Part shown: positions 26,240 through 34,710 of the stretch, piece after piece | Numbering within the stretch: the stretch's first letter is position 1 | How the letters are laid out: every line of letters begins with the position of its first letter | Virus record (IMG/VR): IMGVR_UViG_3300018080_000359 | Coordinates: 1 to 36,613 of that record | DNA: 36,613 nucleotides | Reading direction: 5' to 3' (one strand) | From: a virus | Taxonomy: Duplodnaviria; Caudoviricetes | Program-made: the position numbers and the translations under genes | The notes under the pieces: generated by a model | Told to the model about the DNA's origin: nothing | The model's database searches: none | What the model saw: the letters and a program-made list of their open reading frames with translations, nothing else

Positions 26240-27278
26240 TTTAGAGTCTTTACTCTACCAAGTGATGACCGGGCGTACTAGGTGTGTCGTAATGGATACG
26301 CCGTACTATGTGTGCCCACCTTCTCCTGCTCAACGTCTAGAGGCATCGTTTATATATGACAATACAATATATGAATGTTCATTCCAAGGAATATTAACGA
26401 ATGAACAAATGTTGGAAGTGATGATAGATAATAATTTATGGTCAATGGAAGAGGAAACAGAATTAAATTCTGCACCCACACGAATGGATGCACTGAAAGT
26501 TGAAATGTATAGTAAGCATGCTGCTTTTCAGAGTCGTCGTGTAGAACAAGCTCGCCGTATGTTGGAAAGGCTACGTAGGCGTGTTGATGATTTATCTGCT
26601 AGAAGACATATGTATGATTTATATACATGTTCTGGTTTAGCCACTACTATGCAGATGCAGTATTTAATTTCGTGTAATACGAGGAATGTGGCTGGTGAAC
26701 TCATAGATTTAGAGTCACAAGCAGATTGGTTGTGTACAAATATTTTGGAAACATACATACGTAATCGTCCAAGCGAACAAAGTTTGCGTGACCTATCAAA
26801 GTATGGTAAGTGGCGTATGATGTGGGCAAGCGGACACACAGAACACAGCGTTTTTGGTGTTCCGTCTACTTGGCTTACTGAGGAGCAGCAAAACTTAATA
26901 GCTTGGTCTAAGCTGTATGATAATGTTGGTGAACATCCAGAACCTCCATCAAAGGAAGTATTGGATGATGATGACATGTTGGATGGCTGGGTTATACTCC
27001 AGCAAAGAAAGCGTGAGAAAGAACAAAGAGAGCGTGACGGTGGTAAGCACGGAGGAGCACAGGAAGTGTTTATTCCTGCCGAGACTGCTGAGGATGCTAA
27101 GAGAATTGAAGGTATGAATGAGGCTGGAGCAGCCTTTGCTAAGCGTCAACGTATGGCATTGCTGCAAAAACAAGGAACAGTTAAAGAACAGCACATGCCT
27201 GATTCCAAACAGCAGATTTCTGTACAAGCCGCCACGGAATTTAGAGAAAGAATGCAACAAGCAAGGAGAAAAAGATGA
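26223..27278 (+). CDS. Hypothetical tail-region protein (possible assembly chaperone)
   Basis: GGAGAA before ATG 26223; YDNVGEHPEPP...DDDMLDGW; lies between tail tube and tape measure. Confidence 0.7.
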   Translation: MEHKLNLESLLYQVMTGRTRCVVMDTPYYVCPPSPAQRLEASFIYDNTIYECSFQGILTNEQMLEVMIDNNLWSMEEETELNSAPTRMDALKVEMYSKHAAFQSRRVEQARRMLERLRRRVDDLSARRHMYDLYTCSGLATTMQMQYLISCNTRNVAGELIDLESQADWLCTNILETYIRNRPSEQSLRDLSKYGKWRMMWASGHTEHSVFGVPSTWLTEEQQNLIAWSKLYDNVGEHPEPPSKEVLDDDDMLDGWVILQQRKREKEQRERDGGKHGGAQEVFIPAETAEDAKRIEGMNEAGAAFAKRQRMALLQKQGTVKEQHMPDSKQQISVQAATEFRERMQQARRKR

Positions 27279-27658
27279 ATGAGAATGACACTCCTGTTCT
27301 AAGCCATGGACAGATGAGGGCTTTAACTAGTCGTATGAAGCAAGCCAAGGAAGACCGTTATTTGGAGCAATCTCGTAAGAGACTAGACAAGATTGTAACT
27401 ACCAAGTTGCGTACTTCATTTATTGGTGCTTTGGCAGCTTTTGAGGAAGAGTTTGGTTTTTTGTGGGGACATAATCTGGATGAGGATGAATTAACCCCAG
27501 AACAATTAAATATGAGAGAACTATGGAATAATGTGCGTACTAATGTGTTGAATAATGGAAATACTCAACTACGTGCCGTGCGTACTGAAATTGCTAATCA
27601 TGTGATTAAGTGGAATAGACATCACATGAATTTAACAGTCAAACCACAGGAGAATTGA
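27275..27658 (+). CDS. Hypothetical protein
   Basis: AAGGAG RBS, ATGA overlap with upstream stop. Confidence 0.8.
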   Translation: MNENDTPVLSHGQMRALTSRMKQAKEDRYLEQSRKRLDKIVTTKLRTSFIGALAAFEEEFGFLWGHNLDEDELTPEQLNMRELWNNVRTNVLNNGNTQLRAVRTEIANHVIKWNRHHMNLTVKPQEN

Positions 27659-27659
27659 T

Positions 27660-28538
27660 ATGACACGTAAGAAGGAAGTTTTTACAATTGCGAACGAAGA
27701 AGGTAAGGATGTAGAATATGCAGTGGTATCTCCCAAGCCAAGTCAGGGTAGGGAAGCTCAAAAGGCTTACAATACTGCATTTGCTGAGGCGGTTGATGCC
27801 AAGGCTCTGTTGCGCAAACGTCTCAATACATATATGAGAGAGCAAGGTTTGTGGAGCGATGAAAAGGAAACCGAAAGGGATAAGTTGATTGCTCGTATTA
27901 ACGAGCTAGAGCTATCGTTGCAACGTGGTGGTATTAAGTTGACAGAAGCGCGTGACATGGCCATCGAGATGAGGCGAGTACGTTTAGCCTTGCGTGAACT
28001 GCTGTCTGAGAGCACGGAACTTGACACAAATACAGCAGAAGGCCAAGCGGAAAATGCCAGATTTAATCAACTGGTGGCTCTCTGTCTGGTGTATAATAAG
28101 ACAGGGGAACCTGTGTACAAAGACATTGATGATTACCTTGAAAATGGGGATTCACCAGTAGCTTTTCGTGGTGCGCAGGAACTTGCCAATATGATGTTTC
28201 AACTTGATAAAAACTATGATACTAATCTACCAGAAAATAAATTTCTATCTAAGTGGAAGTTTGTTGATGAGCAGCTTCGCCTTGTTAATAAAGATGGTCA
28301 TTTAATTGATACGGAAGGTCGTTTGATTGATGAAAATGGTCGCTATATTAATGACAAGGGTGAGTTTGTTGACATAGATGGAAACTTGCTTGATGATGAT
28401 GGTAATTATGTTGTAGAATCATCTCCATTTCTTGATGACGATGGAAACCCTATCGTCGAAGAAGTTGAAGAGAAAAAGGTTGTCAAGAAGAAGACAGTCA
28501 AAAAGAAAAAAGTAGTATCAGAATCTTCTGATGAATGA
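27660..28538 (+). CDS. Probable tail assembly chaperone with 7-aa DG repeats
   Basis: Directly upstream of the tape measure gene; (L/F/Y)(I/V/L)(D/N)xxGx repeats near the C-terminus. Confidence 0.6.
   Translation: MTRKKEVFTIANEEGKDVEYAVVSPKPSQGREAQKAYNTAFAEAVDAKALLRKRLNTYMREQGLWSDEKETERDKLIARINELELSLQRGGIKLTEARDMAIEMRRVRLALRELLSESTELDTNTAEGQAENARFNQLVALCLVYNKTGEPVYKDIDDYLENGDSPVAFRGAQELANMMFQLDKNYDTNLPENKFLSKWKFVDEQLRLVNKDGHLIDTEGRLIDENGRYINDKGEFVDIDGNLLDDDGNYVVESSPFLDDDGNPIVEEVEEKKVVKKKTVKKKKVVSESSDE
28087..28097 (+). promoter_or_regulatory. TGGTGTATAAT motif, intragenic
   Basis: Exact motif about 530 bp upstream of the tape measure gene. Confidence 0.4.
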
Positions 28539-28549
28539 TAAGAGTGGAT

Positions 28550-28612
28550 AGGGCTATATTGTCGGCGTGCGAGAGTGTGTTTTCTCGAAGTCTGACAATA
28601 TAGTCTTTTTTT
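28550..28612 (+). terminator. Intrinsic terminator/attenuator before the tape measure gene
   Basis: GGGCTATATTGTCGG...CTGACAATATAGTCT stem with inner CGAGA/TCTCG pairing and a T run. Confidence 0.75.
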
Positions 28613-28625
28613 ATAGGGTAGAGAC

Positions 28626-31600
28626 ATGCCACAACAGTTTAATTTAGTTGCACAACTTAAACTACAAGGTCCGAAAAATCTTGGCACTGTAGTCAAAGAT
28701 ATTGAGACCAGACTAAAGAATGTCAAAGCAAATATTGAATTGACTTTCCCAAAGGGATTGCCAAATCAGATGAAGATGTTTAATGACACTCTGAAAAGTG
28801 GTACATCTGAATTAAATAGATTTGCTACTCAAGCTAGAGTGGCTACTGGTGCTTTGCAGCAGTTGCATAAGGAAATGCAACGAACTGGCATGACGATGAA
28901 AGACATGAATAAGTCTTCCCAAAAAGCGTCTGCCCACACTAAGGCCATGGCTAAAGACATGAAGACCGCTGCCAATTCCATTCAGGATTTTGGTCACAAA
29001 TCTGCCTTGGCCGTTAAGCGTTTCTTAGCTTTCTCTATTCCCGCTGGTCTTATTCTTGGTTTAACTACCAATATTCGCGCTGGTGTTAAAGCTGCTATTG
29101 ACTTTGAACGTGAAATGATTCGTGTTCAACAAGTTACTGGTAAGACCTCTCGTGGTCTTATGTCACTTACATCTGCTATTGGACAATTGAGCACGGAACT
29201 TGGTGTGGCTTCTAATGAACTTGTGGTGGTAAGCCGTACATTGGCTCAAGCTGGTTTGAATGCAGCGCAGACACAAAAGGCTATGGCGGCTATTGCCAAA
29301 ACAGACTTGTCTCCAACGTTCGATAGTGTGCAACAAACTACAGAAGGTGCTATTGCTGCTATGAGGCAGTTCCAACTTGAATCTAGTCAGTTGGAACGTG
29401 CGCTGGGTTCATTGAATGCTGTTGCTGGTAGCTTTGCTGTAGAATCTGCCGACATTATTTCTGCTATTCGTCGTACTGGTGGTGCATTCAAAGCTGCTGG
29501 TGGTAATCTAGAAGAATTGATTGCTTTGTTCACGAGCGTGCGTTCTACTACTCGTGAAAGTGCAGACTCTATCGCTACTGGTTTCCGTACTATCTTTACA
29601 CGACTACAAAGACCTCGTACTATTCAGTTCTTGAAAGAGTTCAATATTGAACTACAAGAAGCTGGTAAGTTTGTTGGTCCATTCAAGGCTATTGCTGAGC
29701 TATCAAGTAAGCTGGCGTCCTTAGACCCGCGCGATGTGCGATTCTCTCGTATCACAGAAGAACTTGGTGGTTTCCGTCAAGTATCTAAGGTTATTCCTTT
29801 GATTCAACAATTTGCTGTTTCTGAGCAAGCTTTGCAAGTTGCTATCGCTGGTGCTAATTCTGTATCAGAAGATGCTGTCATTGCACAAAAAGCTCTGGCT
29901 GTTCAAATTCAAAAAGTGCGTGAAGAATACTTGAAGCTTGCCCGTGATGTTGTTAGCAGCCCATTGTTTAGAACATTGACTGATGGTGCTATTAAGTTTG
30001 CAAATGCGTTAGCAAGAGTATTGCGTAGTCTGGAAGCCGTTGCTCCTATATTGCTTGGCGCTGGTGTAGTTGGTGGCGCTCGGGCTCTAAGACCATTCAT
30101 TGGTGGCGCCATTGGTAGAAATAAGGGTGGTCATATTCCTGGTTCTGGCAACCGCGATACTGTACCTGCCATGCTAACTCCTGGTGAATTTGTGTTGAAG
30201 AAAAGCGCAGCCAAGGCCATTGGTAGTGCTGGACTACACTCCTTGAATAATGTACAACATTTTGCTAATGGTGGCTCAGTACGAGGACAAGGCAATGTTG
30301 GTCGTGGTACTGGGCGTACTATTTTGGGCGCTGCTATTTTAGGACCGCTATTGCAGTCTACGGAAACGACTAGCGAAGCTATGAATGACCTAACTACTAA
30401 AATTACTTCTGCTATTATTGCCTTTGAATCATTTAGATTGGCAATTGGGGTGGGTCAGTCCATTGGTCCAATGAGAGGTGGTCGCGGCGGCTTTAATCGT
30501 TTGCGTACTGGTGCTGGCGCTGCTTTCTTTGGTCGTGATGCAGGAACTAGAGGTAGAGGTCGTGCTGTTTTAGGTAAGCTGACTAAGCAATTTACTGGTT
30601 TGAGTGCCGTATCTTTGGGTCTAACAGCAGCGCTTGGTGCGACTTCTGCTATTCTTATCACTTGGGGTACGTCTCTACAAAATACTGCTAAAGAACAAGC
30701 TAAAACGGCTAGAACAGAAAAGTCTCTCAATGCTGCTATTAGTAAATCACGTACTGGTGGAGCATTGAAGGGGGCTGGACTTGGCGCTCTTACATTAGGT
30801 GCAATTGGTACTGCTGTTGCTGGTCCTGTTGGTACAATTGTTGGTGGTGTACTTGGTGGTATCGGTGGTGCAATTGTTGGTGCCATTTTGGGTTCCAATG
30901 AAAAAGAGTTGCGTGCTATCAATAGACAGGCTCGTGCTACAGAAGTCAATAATGAATTGACAAAGAGTATTGAGAATTTGCTATCAGGCAATATCAACAT
31001 TCTTGGGTCTAGAGACTTGGTCAACTTTGGTAAACAACTAGAAGAACAAAACAAGCTTGTTGCTGAGGCTAGAGCAGGTGGTACAGATGAAGAATCATTA
31101 GCAGCACAAAAAACACGCCGTAGCTTTTTGCCTCAAATAGAGCAAGTGAAAAATGCACTACTAGATAACGTAACCACACTACAGGCTTTTGAAAAAGCTG
31201 GTGGTGCTGGGGCACATATTATTGAAACATTGTCAACCATAACTGATAAAAGCACTAAAGAGATTCGTGCGTCTATCGCGGAAGATATTGATAGACGCCA
31301 AGAAAGTATTTCCATACAAAAAGAATATAATAGTGCTTTGTCAGAAGTTGTTAGCACTATGAATCTGTTTGTTCAATTTAATAGCGCTTTGAAAGATATC
31401 AATGCTAATTTAGAGCGCACTGGTATTAATGTTGGTGTTTCAGGAGCTTTGGCTGGTGGTAGTTTTGCTGGCAGTGGTAGTTTCAGAGGTCGTCCTGGAT
31501 TTGGTCAGTTGTCACGAGTTGCTTCTGGTGGTGATTTAGGACAAGCGATGGGTGGTCTTGACCAACTAATGGGTGGTATGGCTCAGTCTCGTATTGGTGC

Positions 31601-34600
31601 GAATGCTTTACAACGTACTCGTAATATGGCTCAGATACTTAGCGAACTTCCTGATATTTTATCGGAAGTTGGTATGGCTGGCGCTCTGGACCCAGAATCT
31701 CTTACCAGACAATTTGGTGCTGTGGCTCAAGATAGATTTGGCAACTTAGAAGGTGGACAACAAGCTATCAATATCATTACTCGTGGTATTGACCAATTCT
31801 TGGATAGTAGAAGTAGCGCTGGTCCTGGAGAATTTTTGCGTAGAGCACGCTCTGACCCACAATCCTTGTTGATGGAACTTGGAGGTAAACAACTCACAGA
31901 AGTATTTCAAGAGCTTGATAAAATCGCCCAAGAAATGTTGTCTGCATCTAAAACATTAGATAGCGCCATTCAGGCTCGTAGTGTTGTAGAGATGAGTATT
32001 GCTAAGCAAAGAGTTGAGATTGAACAACAGCGTTTACAAGCTGGAAAAGCCTTGTTTGCTGCTCGCAATCGTGGTGATGCTACCGCTATATTCAGAGGTG
32101 CCGATACAGCTACTAGAAGACAAGTTGGTGGTTTGATTGGTCCAGGTATTGACCCGCTGGATGTTTCTGGTATTGGCCAAAAATTCCGTGATTTGAGTCG
32201 TGAGCTTGAAAGAGAAGTGGCCGCACGCCAAAATTTGACGGTTGGCACTCAAGCGTTCTCAGATGCCTCAGATAATATTGGTAGATTGAACACTGAGGTG
32301 AACAAATATCGTATGGCTCTTAATCTGTTGACTGATACCACAAATAAGGCAGCAGAAATTCAACAAACATTGAATTTGCTTGAGGAACAAAAGAAGGCTA
32401 GATTTGGTATTGCTGAGCGCTTTGCTTTTGGTAGTCGCGAAGACAGACAAAAGCTACTACAAAGTATTGCTGATACATTTCAAGCTGTTGAGCAAGGAAG
32501 GCCCCTAGACACATTCTCGTCACAGAGACGCTCGGGCATTCTTTCCTTGCTTAATTCTTTCCGTAATACACAAGCAGTTGCTTTTGGTGGTCAAACTGGC
32601 CTACAAGCCAAGACTGGTTTGGTTGGACGAAGAATTGGTAGAATTCCCAATGTTGCTGGTGGTAATTTAAGTATTGATGAGTTCAATCCATTAAAGCCGA
32701 ACACACAACAACAAGCTTTGATAACAGAACTGAGAGATTTGTTTGTTCGTCGTGATACAGCAGAACAAGAGTTGTTGACTGGTCTTCAAGAACGCAACAC
32801 TACTATGACCAATGAAATAGCTGCCACCATGAAGGATTTTACCACAAGCTTCATGACTCAGTTTGAGCTTGCAATAGTTGGTAGCTTGAATCGTCAAGTG
32901 CAAGCGGCGCGAGCCGAGGCTGGTACTGCCGATGTGCAATTGTCTAATGCTAAAGACGCTGCGCGTATAGCTAGTGGAATTCTTGGAAGGTCTGTAAGTA
33001 CGACTGGTGGCGCACGAATAGCTCAGACATTTGCTACTAGACAAGAAGACATTGCCACCATAAGAAAACAACAGCAGCGCATTACATCCGTTGGCGATGC
33101 TAAGAACACCAAAGAGGCTTTGACAGAAGCTTTAACTCCTGTCTTAAAAGAGCAAGTTAATAAAGGTACGAATACAGCAGAAATTGCCAGTGCTATTAAG
33201 GCCACTGGTATTATATCTCAATTGTCACAACAAGGTTTAATTGGTAGTGAAGAGGGTGTTGTGCAGGCCCTCACAAAGACAGTTGGTGATGCTCTAACTA
33301 ATCGTAAGTTTACCAGTGCGCTTGGCACCGAAGAAAATTTGGTGGTTGTGAAAGCATTTCGAGATGCTAGTCAAGGTGATGAATTAGGTGTTTCTAAAAG
33401 TGCTTTTAGCAAGTTGATATTTACACTAGCTCAAGATATTAACAAGGCCATTATTCAAAATAGAAATGAGCGATTGACTGGTCTTGGAGCACAAGCTGGT
33501 GTGGGAGAACAGGATTTCTTTGTTCTAATGCAAAAACGAGGTAATGCTTTTGCTCAACTAGGACAAGCATTAAAAACACTAAAGCCAACAGAACTGGAAG
33601 AGTTGGCTAAGAATTTTGAGCGTCTATCTGGTGTAGTAGAAGACTTAAATAATAGACTTGGCGCCGTTGGTGGTGCTGGTGCTACTAGACGTGCTGGTGG
33701 TGGTAGTATATTCAAGCGTCAAGGTACTGATACTGTACCAGCCATGCTGACCCCTGGAGAGTTTGTTGTTCGCAGAAGTGTTGCTCAAAAGAACATGGGT
33801 TTGTTGACAGCATTGAATAGTGGTGTTCAGAGGTTTGCAAACGGTGGTCGTGTAAAAACTTATGAGGAAATTTTGGCAGAAAGACGTGCTGAGTATGAGC
33901 GAGAAATGGCGCGTAGACGTTCTGAATTTGTAAGTAGGCGCCGTACTCCAGAACCACGACGTGGTCAACGTACTGATGCAGAATTAGCCGCTCTTGGTAG
34001 AACACCTGAGCAAATAGAAAGATTTCGTCATGAACAACGCATGCAACAAGACCGTCGACAATTTTTATTGGAAGAGTACGGAATGGAACGCAATGTTCCA
34101 AGAAATGTAACCAGAGAAAGATTTCGTCCTCAAGTTGCAAGTAATACTGTAGCGCAACCACAAGGTGGTGGCGGTGCGGTAGTTCGCGTTGAAACTTCAG
34201 ATGACATGAAGACTTTTCCAACTCAAGTTGAAGCATCTGCTGAAATCATGAATGAAGCCGCAGCTACTTTCCAAGCATCAGCTTTGACAATGCAGGAGTC
34301 CATCAGAAGACTACCTGAACAAGTTGAAACTGCATTTGGCGGTGCTGTAACTAGCCTAGAAGAGTCAACACAAATGTTGAGTTCTGCAATTGGAACATTG
34401 GATACAGCATCCACAGCATTTGGTCAAACTGTAAGTCAATTAGCCGAGGTAGTTACTCAAATATCTACTGCGGCTGAATCTATGGGTGGAGCAGCAACAC
34501 AAATACGTGATGCATTAGCACAAGAAGTTTCTATTAGTGTTACTCATAGTCATGAGCCCATCACTGTGAATATTGAAGGTGGTGGAGAATCATCCGTAGA

Positions 34601-34697
34601 AGGTTCAAGCATGGCAGAGTTTGTAAATAGTATTGTTGGTCCACAAATTGACGCACTACGTGATAGAATTCGCGATGTCGGTTTTGGCATTGCTTAA
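28626..34697 (+). CDS. Tail tape measure protein
   Basis: 2023 aa, helical and Ala/Gly-rich; AAIDFEREMIRVQQVTG tape-measure domain start; glycine-zipper hydrophobic segments; two DTVPAMLTPGEFV motifs. Confidence 0.93.
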   Translation: MPQQFNLVAQLKLQGPKNLGTVVKDIETRLKNVKANIELTFPKGLPNQMKMFNDTLKSGTSELNRFATQARVATGALQQLHKEMQRTGMTMKDMNKSSQKASAHTKAMAKDMKTAANSIQDFGHKSALAVKRFLAFSIPAGLILGLTTNIRAGVKAAIDFEREMIRVQQVTGKTSRGLMSLTSAIGQLSTELGVASNELVVVSRTLAQAGLNAAQTQKAMAAIAKTDLSPTFDSVQQTTEGAIAAMRQFQLESSQLERALGSLNAVAGSFAVESADIISAIRRTGGAFKAAGGNLEELIALFTSVRSTTRESADSIATGFRTIFTRLQRPRTIQFLKEFNIELQEAGKFVGPFKAIAELSSKLASLDPRDVRFSRITEELGGFRQVSKVIPLIQQFAVSEQALQVAIAGANSVSEDAVIAQKALAVQIQKVREEYLKLARDVVSSPLFRTLTDGAIKFANALARVLRSLEAVAPILLGAGVVGGARALRPFIGGAIGRNKGGHIPGSGNRDTVPAMLTPGEFVLKKSAAKAIGSAGLHSLNNVQHFANGGSVRGQGNVGRGTGRTILGAAILGPLLQSTETTSEAMNDLTTKITSAIIAFESFRLAIGVGQSIGPMRGGRGGFNRLRTGAGAAFFGRDAGTRGRGRAVLGKLTKQFTGLSAVSLGLTAALGATSAILITWGTSLQNTAKEQAKTARTEKSLNAAISKSRTGGALKGAGLGALTLGAIGTAVAGPVGTIVGGVLGGIGGAIVGAILGSNEKELRAINRQARATEVNNELTKSIENLLSGNINILGSRDLVNFGKQLEEQNKLVAEARAGGTDEESLAAQKTRRSFLPQIEQVKNALLDNVTTLQAFEKAGGAGAHIIETLSTITDKSTKEIRASIAEDIDRRQESISIQKEYNSALSEVVSTMNLFVQFNSALKDINANLERTGINVGVSGALAGGSFAGSGSFRGRPGFGQLSRVASGGDLGQAMGGLDQLMGGMAQSRIGANALQRTRNMAQILSELPDILSEVGMAGALDPESLTRQFGAVAQDRFGNLEGGQQAINIITRGIDQFLDSRSSAGPGEFLRRARSDPQSLLMELGGKQLTEVFQELDKIAQEMLSASKTLDSAIQARSVVEMSIAKQRVEIEQQRLQAGKALFAARNRGDATAIFRGADTATRRQVGGLIGPGIDPLDVSGIGQKFRDLSRELEREVAARQNLTVGTQAFSDASDNIGRLNTEVNKYRMALNLLTDTTNKAAEIQQTLNLLEEQKKARFGIAERFAFGSREDRQKLLQSIADTFQAVEQGRPLDTFSSQRRSGILSLLNSFRNTQAVAFGGQTGLQAKTGLVGRRIGRIPNVAGGNLSIDEFNPLKPNTQQQALITELRDLFVRRDTAEQELLTGLQERNTTMTNEIAATMKDFTTSFMTQFELAIVGSLNRQVQAARAEAGTADVQLSNAKDAARIASGILGRSVSTTGGARIAQTFATRQEDIATIRKQQQRITSVGDAKNTKEALTEALTPVLKEQVNKGTNTAEIASAIKATGIISQLSQQGLIGSEEGVVQALTKTVGDALTNRKFTSALGTEENLVVVKAFRDASQGDELGVSKSAFSKLIFTLAQDINKAIIQNRNERLTGLGAQAGVGEQDFFVLMQKRGNAFAQLGQALKTLKPTELEELAKNFERLSGVVEDLNNRLGAVGGAGATRRAGGGSIFKRQGTDTVPAMLTPGEFVVRRSVAQKNMGLLTALNSGVQRFANGGRVKTYEEILAERRAEYEREMARRRSEFVSRRRTPEPRRGQRTDAELAALGRTPEQIERFRHEQRMQQDRRQFLLEEYGMERNVPRNVTRERFRPQVASNTVAQPQGGGGAVVRVETSDDMKTFPTQVEASAEIMNEAAATFQASALTMQESIRRLPEQVETAFGGAVTSLEESTQMLSSAIGTLDTASTAFGQTVSQLAEVVTQISTAAESMGGAATQIRDALAQEVSISVTHSHEPITVNIEGGGESSVEGSSMAEFVNSIVGPQIDALRDRIRDVGFGIA

Positions 34698-34710
34698 CAG
34701 GAGATAGAGA

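Noticed and set aside
28470-28538. Programmed -1 frameshift of lambda G/GT type in the A-rich end of the pre-TMP gene
   Set aside because: The AAAAAAG at 28506-28512 is not in X XXY YYZ phase, the -1 frame stops within a few codons, and a terminator follows
30455-31054. 199-aa Pro-rich minus-strand ORF
   Set aside because: Antisense shadow of Gly-rich tape measure codons
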